Source of the DNA: Mobula hypostoma
Taxonomy: Eukaryota
Reading direction: 5' to 3'
NCBI RefSeq assembly: GCF_963921235.1
Contig: NC_086097.1
Coordinates: 220,660,001 to 220,724,000, forward strand
DNA: 64,000 bases
The notes beneath the pieces are model-generated. The model was not told where the DNA came from. It saw nothing but the letters and a program-made list of their open reading frames with translations, and made no database searches. Below are positions 12,754-25,949 of the stretch, one piece after another. Numbering within the stretch: position 1 is the stretch's first letter; each line of letters starts with the position of its first letter. Position numbers and translations under genes: made by a program.

Positions 12754-13645
12754 TGTCACGTATACGCAACCCTGTAAAAATATCAGTGGCAATAGAACAC
12801 ACCTGGAGTCTGGTTTTGCTGTTAAAAACCACTATTTTATTGTTATTATGAAGGAGGTATTTGTAATCCAAGGTGAATGTTGTGAGAAGGCAATTACGTC
12901 AATATTCCAGATTCCACTACAGCAATACAAAATAACAATGGCAGTAGGTTTTTATCTCCGAAGTTGTTCCACTCCACACACAAAGTATCAACAACAGTGA
13001 TCTTCAACAAATATCCTTAAGCGGTACCACACCCGAATTCAGCTACGGGACATCCCAAAGTGGTGGCCACAGGATACTCAAACCAAATCCACATATGGAC
13101 TATCATCAACAGTAGCTTATCACAAAGGGGACCCTCTTCAAGGGAACCACCACCCAGGCAAGGGTCGACACACCGGTAGATTCCACAAGGTTACCCTAAT
13201 CATACACAACTTGATAGCCATCTATCCAGTTCCACGACATATGAAATAACTCCAACAGTGATTTGCCACAGGGTGCCTTTCTTCAGTGAACTACCACAAC
13301 CAGACAAAGGGTAAACACACATATGGTATTCACAAAGGTTTTCCCCTCACCAAAGAACCAACTCCTGTGGATTAACTATGTGACAGTCACACTTTCGTAT
13401 TCAAATGGAATCAAACTCACCCTTATGGGCTACTTGGAGAGAGTCCAAACAGTGACCTCTTTTGTCACTAAGTTTCTTCTGTTTCAAACCTTTCTCTCCC
13501 CTCCCTGTAGTTGCTTCCAGATGCAGCAACTTATGAGAGTCATTTATCAATACTCTGGATCGATCTCAACTCACCCCTTTTGGGCTACTGAAAGTTTAAA
13601 CCAGCGGCCGACTCACTGGCGTCTTCCATTGACCAAATCCATCTT
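12754..13645. mobile_element. Possible LTR-like (solo LTR) fragment
   Basis: Abrupt start at TGTCACG interrupting the Rex tail, with internal imperfect repeats (13134-13175 vs 13280-13321). No closing CA or TSD found. Confidence 0.35.
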
Positions 13646-14149
13646 GACTCTGCTGAGTTCCTCCAGCATTTGTGTGTGTTACATTTGATAAACCATAGCA
13701 TGTTATACCATAATGATATTATATTATATCATGTTATAACATGCATTTATAACATTCTATAACCCACATTTTTTCCTTAACTTACTTCTGAACTGACAGT
13801 TTTCCTTAACTTATAAGAATTAAACAGCACTCCAGACCAAGATACAAACTCATACATTATTCTGCAGCAACTAATTTAGCATTAATTTCTACACAGCATT
13901 CAAGAAAGCACAAAGTGCCCCCAGTGTACTGACACTGTGCAATGCCCTGATTTGAGGCAAATGCCAGCCAACTCAATGTCAGTAGAGGTACTTCATTGGC
14001 ATTCAACCAAAATCCCCAATATCAACATGGGCATCTATTCAATATCAGTGCAGGCATGTCCTCAGCATTGCCCTGGAGTTGACCCAGGCACTCCCCCAGG
14101 ATTTCAGGGAACTAAACCATGCCGGTTGGTAAAGTGCCAGATAGCTAAT

Positions 14150-15099
14150 CTTTCAGTTATTTTAACCGAGAAATAAATTACATATTTAAATGAAACATAG
14201 AATAAATTAGAACACTACCAAAACTACTACAGTACTATAAAACAATATAATAGTTCCTAATAGTCTGACAGAATTCATTGCTGCCATCTTTTGATTTGAC
14301 TGTATATGGACAAAATCAGCAAATGCCAAGTGCAGATAATGGACTGCCTTCAAACAATGCTTTTGACAACTGCATCCTCAAAATCTTCACTTTCATTGCA
14401 ACATTCAAGATATTTGCCATTACCTTCAAATTCCTCATAGTTCCAAACTTAACATAATGAAACAGTTTAATTTTCACTCTTGGCCACTTCTGGTATCTCC
14501 AAGCCTGAAAGCTCGAAACCACAGTGGGAAAAGCAGCTTTGAATTGTCTTACTGCTCATTACTTGCCAACTATCGTGACAAAAACCACTACATTTTGATC
14601 ACCAAATAACTGACACTATTTCACTCTAAGAATGGTGTTGTTATTTAATATTTTAGTAATATTTGAATATGAATATATATACACACTCAAAAAAATCTGT
14701 TTTTTTGGTTCATCAAGTGTTCTCCTTTGTTTAAATAATTCTTTCTGAGTTTTATGTACTAGTACATGAATTGCACACGTCATCACTACCACATGACAAG
14801 TGCACACCTCACTAAGGTAAACACAGTTTGACCTGCATTCTCGAACTCCCATGCCTTCTTTTGAATTAGTTTAATGTTCTGAAGCAACAAAACACGAGAA
14901 TCAAACAGTGCAGTGTTTAACGGCCACACACGTGCACTCACACTCGACTCATGCTGGTTAGAAATTGTTTGGTAAGTCTCCTGTATCAATTAAGCGGCAT
15001 AGTGTCCCAGCTATTTTCTCGATTTGTTTTTGTTCAAGAGTTGTCCGCTCTTATCGGCTGCCCTGATTAATATATGGCCGAATTAACTAGAATCCACTG
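14150..15099. mobile_element. Tc1/mariner (Tigger-like) non-autonomous DNA transposon remnant
   Basis: Right end AATTAACTAGAATCCACTG followed by TA. Left TIR not seen. Confidence 0.55.
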
Positions 15100-16383
15100 T
15101 ATTTACGTTGCTTTAATTAGTAACATGCCAAAGACTTTAAAACAGTGTCTGAGCAAGTACAGCCAAGAGCAATGGCATTTTTGTTAATCTGAAAACATGC
15201 CTCCTGCTTCATAAAACACTCAAATTAGGTTGTGAATTTGTTGGAGGGTAAAGAAAAGAACCTACCTGTAAACAAGTCAAACTGGCTTATAATGAAGTCA
15301 GCTTGTAAAGAAATACTGTAGTTCCCAAGTAGCAAAGAGATGCAGTCACGTTTTGACATTTCCCAAATGGTGAGCTACATCCTGTCAACTTAATGCATAG
15401 TTGCTCAAACTAAAGTTTCTATTCTCTGAAATTTGTCATAGCTGGGTTGTGGCCTGTCATTCCTAAAAACAACCACAAAGTTAATTGAATGTTTCATCTC
15501 ATGGCAAGTGAATAATGAGGAACCACAATTAAATATGTAAAATATTCATCCACAAACGTAACTGCTGAGTTTCTCTAGTTCTTGGTATTTCACCAACTAT
15601 GAAACATCTTGCAGTCATGAAAGGCTCTTAATGAACATGGTGTCTCTACTCTGTAGAGATTCTAACAGACCTGCTCAGTATCCAACATTACATATCTATT
15701 ATTCCACTACTTTATTATTTCCTGTCAGTCACCTTAAGAACAGCCTAGAGTCACTTTATGGACATACAATCAATGTGTATAACCTTTCTTATGTATTTAT
15801 ATTTATTGTGGTTTTAAATATTATTATGTTCTTTTATCTTTTGTGGGTTTTTTGTGCTGCATCAGATCCAGAGTAATTATTTCCTGCAATAAATAACCAC
15901 CACCTTTGTCTTGTTGGCATTAAGGAATGAGTTATTTGCCTGGCATGAGCTGTAAAAACTAAATAGCTGTGTACTTCACCAATATATTATCCTGTATTTG
16001 TACTTAAAGAATGTTTCTCTAATAATTTTATCAACCAAAATTGGCTAATATTTAATCAGTTTTTTTTCACAAAGTCTGTTGGTCTTAGAGCCATAGAAAA
16101 AAGCTACTCAGTCTATCTAGTCCATGACAAATCATTTAAACAGCCTAGTCCCATCAATCCCCATCTGGACCATAGCCATCCAAACCTCTACTATTCTTGT
16201 ACTCATCCAAACATCTCTAGGGATGTTAATGAACATTGAGCACTCAAAAAAAGTGGGGAAATACCGAATATTCCCATCACTTTATTTTAAAAGCAAAGAA
16301 TCAAATTGATTTGCTATAGGGCTTATGTCTGAATGCATCTTTTCTTTCTTTACTTCTGCCGTTAACATCTCCTTTGTCCTACA

Positions 16384-17387
16384 CAGGTTGAAAACCCTTT
16401 ATCCGAAATTCAAAAATATGAATATTTTCTGAGCACCGACATGACAACACAAATGGAAAATTCCGTAAGGCATTGGAAAAGTTCTCAGGTTTCTGTGCAT
16501 CACAAATTTCCAAGAAGTGACCTCACACATGTAATGAACAGAAGTTAATGAAAAATAGAAAAGCACTGAAGAAAGTGAAAGATGGAGATCTCAATCATGT
16601 GCTGAAAGCGTGGAGTTGTCAGCAATGGAATGAACAAATGCAGCTTAACAGTATGCTGATCAAGAAGCAAGCAAAGATCTACCACAACAAAGGCAATTGT
16701 GAATATTCAGCAGGTTGGTGCAAAAAATTTAAGGAATAGCATTATATATTTTTTTAAAGACTTCTGCTGATAAAGCATCTATCTGCTGATCACGAAGCAG
16801 CAGAGAAATTCACTGATGAATTTGCCAAGTTCACTGCTAATAAAAATCCAACACGCAGCATCAGTACATGTGTGACAAATGAGTGCAAGGCAAAGGCTGC
16901 TTACTGGTAGCACATAAATTCAGAGTCGGAAATAATGGCGATGCCAAACAGCCACTGACTGGCCACCTGGGTGGCTAAGGTACAATAGCTTACCTTTCTG
17001 ATGGATACAAAAATGTACACCTTATTGCTTAATGCACATTTAAAAATATTATATAAAACTACCATCAGGTAAACTGTATATATAAAATATTATATAAAAC
17101 TACCATATGTAAACTGTATATATGTAAAGTAAATGGATTTCATCTTTAGGCTTGAGTCCCAAAACTATATAAAACTACCATCAGGTAAACTGTATATATA
17201 AAATATTATATAAAACTACCATATGTAAACTGTATATATGTAAAGTAAATGGATTTCATCTTTAGGCTTGAGTCCCATTCCCAAGGTACCTCATTATATA
17301 GAAGTAAATATTCCAAAATCCAAAAAAAATCTTAAATCCAATACACTTCCAGCCCCAAGCGTTTCAGATAAGGGGGTGCTCAACCTG
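16384..17387 (+). mobile_element. Tigger/pogo (Tigger4/MER46-like) internally deleted DNA transposon
   Basis: TIRs CAGGTTGAAAACCCTTTATCCGAAA ... TTTCAGATAAGGGGGTGCTCAACCTG followed by TA. ORF 16548..16739 resembles a CENP-B-type HTH (KNRKALKK..DLNHVLKAW..YSAGWCKKFK). Confidence 0.88.
17050..17276. repeat. Direct tandem duplication of 111 bp (17050-17160, 17166-17276) inside the Tigger element
   Basis: Copies read identical and are separated by AAAAC. Each contains an older ~40-bp internal duplication. Confidence 0.95.
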
Positions 17388-17954
17388 TATTGTCTCCCTA
17401 TGACAGGCTTCCCTTGTGCTCTTTCCACCAGCCTTTCCCGACTCTAAAAACTTGTTACATTCAACCATTATCCACTTCTGATATACAAAAAACTTCAACG
17501 TGAATTATCAACTGTTACTTCTCCCTCTGCAGACATAGAGGCACCAAAGAATACAACATTTTTATGCATATGATACTTTGTCTCTTCGACAGTCATCACC
17601 TCAGCAATATTGTAAACAAACATATAGACATTAATTTCAAGGGGAAGCAGTTTGGTAAAACTTGATTTTTATTCTCTTGAAAGGTTTTAAGGCAAACCAA
17701 AGACATGAACAATGGCAACAGAAGACAAAAGTGGAAAATACAATCTGAAAGTATCGAATTGCACATGTGCTCATAAAGAAATTCTGCACTTGGTCCTGAA
17801 CATTTCAACCAACTGCATTGAGGGTCAGAAAGCACTGAAAATGACACCCTCTGCAATGTAGTGAAGCAGCCAAAGAGGAAAGCATCTGCATGGATAACTC
17901 ATTGTTTCCTGGGCAAGATTCAGTCTGGACTGAATTAACCTTTTGAACAAGGAT

Positions 17955-18097
17955 GGAGGCACAGTAGCACAGCATTTACACCTTGCAGCTTTAAGATGGG
18001 GGTTCGATTCCCGCCACAGTCTGTAAGGAGTTTGTAAGTTCCTCCTGTGACCATGTAGGTTTCCTCCGGGTGCTCCAGTATCCTCCCACCTTCCAAG
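17955..18097 (+). mobile_element. tRNA-derived V-SINE-like 5' part
   Basis: B-box GGTTCGATTCC and central TTTCCTCCGGGTGCTCCAGTATCCTCCCAC motif. Confidence 0.75.
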
Positions 18098-18098
18098 G

Positions 18099-18819
18099 GT
18101 GTATAATGGTGTCATTATACACCAGTCATTGAAAGTGGGCATACAGGTACAGCAGGCGGTGAAAAAGGCAAATGGTATGCTGGCATTTATAGCGAGAGGA
18201 TTCGAGTACAGGAGCAGGGAGGTACTACTGCAGTTGTACAAGGCCTTGGTGAGACCACACCTGGAGTATTGTGTGCAGTTTTGGTCCCCTAATCTGAGGA
18301 AAGACATCTTTGCCATAGACGGAGTACAAAGAAGGTTCACCAGATTGATTCCTGGGATGGCAGGACTTTCATATGAAGAAAGACTGGATGAACTAGGCTT
18401 GTACTCGTTGGAATTTAGAAGATTGAGGGGGGATCTGATTGAAACGTATAAGATCCTAAAGGGATTGGACAGGCTAGATGCAGGAAGATTGTTCCCGATG
18501 TTGGGGAAGTCCAGAACGAGGGGTCACAGTTTGAGGATAGAGGGGAAGCCTTTTAGGACCGAGATTAGGAAAAACTTCTTCACACAGAGAGTGGTGAATC
18601 TGTGGAATTCTCTGCCACAGGAAACTGTTGAGGCCAGTTCATTGGCTATGTTTAAGAGGGAGTTAGATCTGGCCCTTGTGGCTACGGGGATCAGGGGGTA
18701 TGGAGAGAAGGCTGGGGCGGGGTTCTGAGTTGGATGATCAGCCATGATCATAATAAATGGCGGTGCAGGCTCGAAAGGCCGAATGGCCTACTCCTGCACC
18801 TATTTTCTATGTTTCTATC
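18099..18819 (+). mobile_element. Young 5'-truncated CR1 with uninterrupted ORF2 C-terminus
   Basis: 209-aa [42 protein letters not shown]; tail TTTCTATGTTTCTAT. Confidence 0.95.
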
Positions 18820-20235
18820 TCCAGTGCCTTTCAAGACAACTTATTTTGAAAAATCATGCCAAGATGCAGGAGAAAACTCAGTGGATGAACTGAGGTAATT
18901 TACCTATTCCTAAAACGAGAATCTCTAATTATGGACCAAATGCCACTCCCTTCAGTTTCATCAACCACTCAAGTACAGTATTTCCAAGAACAAAAATGAA
19001 AGAACTCAACCCCACATGTAAGTTTCTTGAGCAAAAGTACAGGATGTGATCAGACAGGAGTGCCACAGAGTAAATCTTTAACATCTAATAAGTGAGAAGT
19101 ACCATTGGCATAAAAACACTGCAGCACAGCTTCGATAAGGTATGGCACAAAGTACTTTTGCTCATGGAGAAAAATAGCAAATTCTTCTTAAAACGTACCA
19201 AATTATAACAGTGCATAACAAAACAATAGTTGAGTAGTTTGCAGCTCCAGGAGTATGCCGTGCTCGACTGTTCTGACCAGGCATTTTCAATCTTTTCCTC
19301 AAACAGGTCACACAAAACTGTTTATAGAATTTTAGAGAAAATGGATTCTTTGGGGGGAGTGGAGTGTAGAAAGTCAACCACCTGCCCTTTAACACTGACA
19401 TAAATAATTATGAAGCATCAAGAATTCACAGAAATACCAGTTACAGCTAAGAAGAGCCACAACATTGAAATAAGTGTTGACAGAAAAGATTAAAAAATGA
19501 TGCAAGAGTTGATAATAATCTGATCCTTGCATTTATGTGAGGGAAAGGGATCAGCATGCGAAGACCATAACTTTATAACCTTTATTTTGTCAATTTCCCC
19601 ATCGCTGCAGCTAGTTTCAACATGGCGCCAAATACGGCAGTCTTTGTCCTGTAACCCAATGTTCTAGGAAGTCTAATATCTGATGTGGTAATAAATATTT
19701 TAATAATTATCTATCAGAATAGCAAAAATCAGAAAACAACTAGTTGTTTCCATTTCATTTTTACTCATGAATCGTGCTGGCAAATTTGCCATTTAAAAAA
19801 AAACACACACTTTTATGCTAGTTTCTAAGTATAAAACTTTAACCTGAGCAGGATATTATAATTAAATGAGGGAAGTCAAGCAGACCATATCATTTTATGG
19901 GCGTTTGTCATTTTTTAAAAATACATTCATAGCTCTATAGTGATCATGTGGGCAGTCACTGACATTAAAAGCAATTCTGTTTCTAATAAAAAAATGAAAG
20001 ATGGCTGACAGTCACTTGCAAGAAAGAAATTTGATTACAGTCTGAAAGGAAAATCTGACTAATTCATCAAAAGAAAATGACACTGTCTGAATTCAATAGC
20101 ATATGCAATATTTTTTGCAGCATTACAAAAAGACAAAGGTGACTATTAGGTGGGACAATTAAATATTTTCCAATAACTGTGTACATCATCTCATGTGAGC
20201 TGCAGATGCCCATAGTTGAATGGGAAATGATGTGA

Positions 20236-23200
20236 GATAAGACCATAAGATATAGGAGCAGAAGTAGGCCATTCGGGCCATCAAGCCTGCTCCACCACTC
20301 AATCATGAGCTGATCCAATTCTTCCACTCATCCCCAGACCCCTGCTTTCACCTCATACCCTTTGATGCCCTGGCTAATCAAGAACCTATCTCTGCCTTAA
20401 ATACACTGAATGACTTGGCCTCCACAGCCGCTCGTGGCAACAAATTCCACAGATTTACCACCCTCTGACTAAAGTAATTTCTCTGCACCTCTGCTCTAAA
20501 TGGATGTCCTTCAATCCTGAAATCATGCCTTCTTGTCCAAGACTCCCCTACCATGGGAAATAACTTTGCCATATCTAATCCGTCCAGGCCTTTTAACATT
20601 TGGAATGTTTTTATGAGATCCCCCCCTCATTCTCCTGAACTCCAGGGAATACAGCCCAAGAGCTGCCAGACGTTCCTCATACAGTAACCCTTTCCTTCCT
20701 GGAATCATTCTCATGAATCTTCTCCGAACCCTCTCCAAAGTCAGTATATCCCTTCTAAAATAAGGAGCCCCAAACTGCACACAATACAGTACCTTATACA
20801 GCCTCAACATCACATCCCTGCACTTATATTCTATACCTCTAGAAATGAGTACCAACATTGCATATGCCTTCTTCACAACCGACTCAACCTGGAGGTTAAA
20901 CTTTAGGGTATCTTGCACAAAGACTCCCAAGTCCTTTGCATCCCTGCATTTTTAATTCTCTCCCCATTTATTTCTTCCATCAAAGTGCATGACCATACAC
21001 TTTCCCACATTGCATTTCATTTGCCACTTTTCTGCCCATTCTCCTAAACTATCTAAGTCTCTCTGCAGGCTCTCTGTTTCCTCAACACTACCCGCTCCTC
21101 CACCTATCTTTGTATCATCAGCAAACTTAGCAACAAACCCATTAATACCACAGTCCAAATCATTGACATACATCATAAAAACACTGACCCTGTGGAACTC
21201 CACTGGTAACCGGCAGCCAGCCAGAATAGGATCCATTTACTCCCACTCTGTTTTCTGCTGTCCAGCCAATGCTCCACCCATGCTAATAACTTCCCTGTAA
21301 TTCCATGGGCTCTTACCTTGCTAAGCAGCCTCATGTGCAGCACCTTGTCAAAGGCCTTCTGAAAATCCAAGTACACCACATCTACTGCATCTCCTTTCTT
21401 AACCCTGTTTATAACTTCCTCAAAGAATTGCAGTAGGTTTGTCAGGCAGATCTTCCTTTCAGGAAACCATGCTGGCTTTGGCCTATCTTGTCATGTGCCT
21501 CCAGGTACTCCGTAATCTCATCCCTAACAATCGATTCCAACAACTTCCCAACCACTGATGTCAGGCTAACAGGTCTATAGTTTCCTTTCTGCTGCCTCCC
21601 ACCCTTCTTAAATAGTGGAGTAACATTTGCAATTTTCCAGTTATCCAGTACAATGCCAGAATCTATCGATTCTTGAAAGATCATCGTTAATGCCTCTGCA
21701 ATCTCTCCAGCTACTTCCTTCAAAAACCCAAGATTTATCCACCTTCAGACCATTAAGCTTACTGAGCACCTTCTCAGTCATAATTTTCACTGCACATACT
21801 GCACTTCCCTGACACTCTTGAATGTCCGGCATACTGCAAACATCTTCCACTGTGAAGACTGATGCAAAATACACATTCAGTTCCTCTGCCATCTCTGTGT
21901 CTCCCATTACATTATCTCCAGTTTCATTCTCTATTGTCCTATATCTACCCTCGACTCTCTTTTACCTTTTATATATTTTAAAAGGCTTTTAGTATCTTCT
22001 TTGATATTAGCCGCCAGCTTCCTCTCATAATTCATCTTTTCTTTCCGAATTACCTTCTTGGTTTCCTTCTGCATGTTTTAAAAAGCTCATCAATCTTTTA
22101 TCTTCCCACTAGCTCTGGCTTCCTTGTATGCCCTTTCTTTTGCTTTTACTTTGACTCTGACTACACTTGTCAGCCACGGTAGTGTCCTTCTTCCCTTTGA
22201 AAATTTCTTCTTATTTGGAATATACATATCTGTCTTGTACTTCCCTCATTTTTCACAGGAACTCCAGCCATTGCTGCTCTGCTGTCTTTCCTGCAAATGC
22301 CCCTTTCCAGCTAACTTCGGCCAATTCCCCTCTCATGCCCTTGTAATTTCCTTTATTCCCCTAAAATACCAACGCATTGGATTTAATTTTTTTCCCTCTC
22401 AAATTTCACTGTTTCGTAAAGGTTCCTTAACCTCTCTTATCACCTCCGAATCATTGCGCAACACCCAATCCAGCACAACCAATCCCCTAGTGGGCTCAAA
22501 AACAAGCTGTTCTAAAAAGCCATCCCTTAGACATTCTACAGATTCTTCCTCTTGAGGTCCAGTACTGACTTAGTTTTTCCAATCCACTTTCATGTTAAAA
22601 TCCCCAACGATTATCATCACATTGCTTTTCTGACACATCTTTTCTATCTCCTGCTGTAATTTGTAAGCCACATCCTGGCTGTTTGGAGGCCTGTATATAA
22701 CTGCCATTACGGTCACTTTTACCCTTGCCATTTCTTAACTCAACCCATAGAGACTCTACACCTTCTGACCCTATGTCATCCCTTTCTAATTATTTAATAT
22801 TATTTGTTATACACAGAGTCACACCACCCACTCTAGCTATTAACCTATCTTTCCCATATACCATATATCCTTGGACGTTCAGCTCCTAATGGCAGTCATC
22901 CTTCAGCCAAGTTTCAGAGATGGCCACAATATCATATTTGCCAATCTGTAGCTGAAGATCAAGATCGTCCATTTTATTCCTTATGCTACGTGCATTCAAA
23001 TTCAACACTCAGTCCAGTATTGCTGCTTTCTGTTTTAACTGCACCACGCCTCTATTGCCCTGTAACTCATGCCATTGGCTTTAAGCCTCATCTCCTACCT
23101 GTTTGCTTTGTAATCTCTGTTGCACGCCATCTTTGATATATTTCTGTTTTCCCCTTCCTCAGCCCTATCACTCTGGTTCCCATCCCCCTGCCAAATTAGT

Positions 23201-23280
23201 TTAAACTGTCCTTAACAGCTCTATTAAATGTGCCTGCTAGAATATTGGACCCCTTTGGGTTCAGGTGTAACCCGCCCTTT
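20236..23280 (-). mobile_element. CR1 LINE ORF2 (endonuclease to 3' end), frameshifted
   Basis: GNYRPVSLTSVVGKLLE, YLDFQKAFDKV, KFADDTKIGG, QRVVNLWN; tail (TCTTATGG)n on minus. Confidence 0.93.
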
Positions 23281-24007
23281 TCCCAATTCAGGCAATTATG
23301 GCAACATTAGAAAGATAGCAAGTAAAATTCTTCAAGACTGCCAAGAACTCTGACGATGCTGTTTATAAACATTTCCTATTATTAACCCATAAGGTCCCAT
23401 TCAGCATAATAATTGGAATGGTTGGGGGGGGGGGAGGAGGAAGAAAAAAGATGATATCAGGACAAATAAAATTCAGGCAATGTAACCTTCTCCATTCTTG
23501 TATAGATTCTCTACTTAGTTTATCTTAAAGGCCACTTTCTGATTCAGAATGGTGTGAAGATCAATACAAGTAACAAAGACGTTCTACCAACCTTTACTAC
23601 TCAATCATGGGGTTGGGGGAACCTATCCCATATTTCATCCACAACACCAGTAGCTTAATCAATTTGAGACAATGCTTTCCTCATGAAGATTTGTATTGTG
23701 AGGAAGTGCTACCATTACTTGGCCAAGCCTGCCAACACTCAATTAGATTAAATGAATTGTACAAGCTATGAAGTTCCAGCCATAGAGGGAATTCCGCCTC
23801 TGTGCTGAAGTGCAATTCTTCCTGTGCCGACATTAAACCTTCCCAGGTTGCTCCCAACTACTTGGACACCTGCCTAGATTGATCAAGTCTAAGATTTCCC
23901 AATTCAGGCAATTATGGCAACATTAGAAAGATATCAAGTAAAATTCTTCAAGACTGCTAAGAACTCTGATGATGCTGTTTATAAACATTTCCTATTATTA
24001 ACCCATA
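23279..24007. repeat. 113-bp dispersed direct duplication (23279-23391 and 23895-24007)
   Basis: TTTCCCAATTCAGG...ATTAACCCATA occurs twice, with three substitutions seen. Confidence 0.95.
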
Positions 24008-24104
24008 TTTGAAGTTGGTACTTTTTCAAACATTAAGTTGTCTATGTCACAATTTACCCACATAAATTTGGTACATTCCATACACCATCTCAATAATAAA
24101 AAAG

Positions 24105-25522
24105 AATTGAATTGACTTTATTTCTTACATCCTTCACATACGTGAGGAGTAAAAATTTTAACGTTACATCTCCAACTGATTGTGCAATTTATAGTAATCT
24201 GTAATAAATACTATGTACAACAGGACAGTTAATATAGCACAGAGATACAATTGTATCAGCGTCAATTAATCAGTCTGATGGCCCAGTGGAAGAAGCTGTC
24301 CTGGAGCCTAGTGGTCCTGGCTTTTAAGCTGCGGTACCATTTTCCAGATGGTAGCAGATGAAACAGTTTGTGGTTGGGGTAACTTGGGTCCCCAATGATC
24401 CTTCGGACCCTTTTTTACGTACCTGTCTCCATAAATGTCATGAAAAGTGGGAACTGCACATCTACAGATGCACTGGGCTGTCCACAATCTCTGCGGAGTC
24501 TTGCAATTGAGGGAAATATAGTTCCCATACCAAGCAGTGATGCAGCCAGTCAGGATGCTCTCAATGATGCCCCCGTAGAAAAGTCCTTAGAATTTGGGGG
24601 CCCATACCAAACTTCTTAAACCATCAGAGGTGAAAGAGGCAACATTGTGCCTTTCTCACCAGTCAGCATGTACAGACCACGTGAGATCCTCGGTGATATG
24701 TATGCCAAGGAACTTAAAGCTGTTCACCCTCTCAAGCCCAGATCCATTGATGTCAATAGGGGCTAGCCTGTCTCCACTCCTCCTATAACTCCTTTGTTTC
24801 TGTGACATTGAAGGTTGTTTTTGTGACATTGAGGGAAAGGTTGTTTTCTTGACACCACTGCATCAGGGTGATGACTTCTTCTTTGTAGGCTGCCTCATTA
24901 TTATTTGAGGCAAGGCCAATCAGTGTAGTATTGTCAGCAAATTTAATTAGCAGGTTGGAGCTGTGGGTGGTGACACAGTCATGTGTATACAGAGAGTAAA
25001 GGAGGAAGCTTAGCACACAGCCCCAAGGGGCTCCTGTGTTGAGGGTCAGAGGGGTAGAGATGAGGGAGCCCACTCTTACCACCTGCTGGTGATCGGACAG
25101 GAAGTTCAGGATCCAGCTACACAAGGTAGGATGAAGACCGAGGTCTCTTAACTTCATGTCTAGTCTGGAGGGAAATATGATGTTGAATGCTGGATTATGC
25201 AGAATGTTGAATTATAGTGAAGAACAGCATTCTCACATAAGCATCCCTCTTCTCCACGTGTGTAAAGATGGAGTGTAGAGCTATGGCTATTGCGTCATCT
25301 GTCAATCGGTTGTGTCAATACGTGAATTTTAAGGGTTCCATTGTGTGTGGCAGCATGTAGTCCTTTATCAGCCTCTCAAAGCATTTGCTTATTATCAAGG
25401 TGAATGCAACAGGACGCCAATCATTCAGACATGTTATCTTGGTCTTTTTAGGTACAGGGACAATGGTGGATGTTTTGAAGCAGGAGGGCACTCTACACTG
25501 GGAGACAGAGAGATTAAAAATG
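24105..25522 (-). mobile_element. Rex1/Babar-type LINE fragment
   Basis: CFKTSTIVPVPKK..LNDWRPVA, LCSWILNFL..NTGAPWGCVLS..KFADNTT; tail (CAATT)n. Confidence 0.9.
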
Positions 25523-25799
25523 CTGGAAAACAGAAAATGCCAAATGAAAAATGCAGATGAGGCAGCATTTATGGAAAGAGAGACCATTAACATCTCAGGT
25601 CAAAGACAACAGAAACCATTAACCATTTTTCAAACAATAAATAATGCCTCTTTATAGAGAAGAAAATATGGCTGATTAAGGCCCGGGCTCCTGGAGTTTC
25701 ACAACAAACATTGCAAAGAACCTACCAAACAGAACAATCACTACAAAGATTTCCAACTTAAGTAAAGCTGAAAAAATATCTCTTCTTCTCTTCACATAC

Positions 25800-25828
25800 C
25801 TGAACTTCCCAGCGGCGAATCCCTGGCT
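25800..25828 (-). other. Candidate 29-nt exon of an unidentified host gene
   Basis: ttgttctccctctgttatctgtcag|AGCCAGGGATTCGCCGCTGGGAAGTTCAG|gtatgt. Confidence 0.4.
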
Positions 25829-25949
25829 CTGACAGATAACAGAGGGAGAACAACTGTATAAACATGACAAGAGACCAATCACTCTACGTACCCATGCACA
25901 AGCCATTGAACGCTACATATATCATTTATTTTCACACCAGAAAACATCA

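Noticed and set aside
18015..18728. SINE-CR1 fusion as a new composite element or domesticated gene
   Set aside because: More simply a young truncated CR1 adjoining a V-SINE; no shared TSD or genuine start seen
18895..18925. 6-nt microexon-like tttag|GAATAG|gtaaat on minus
   Set aside because: Weak donor and pyrimidine tract; expected by chance
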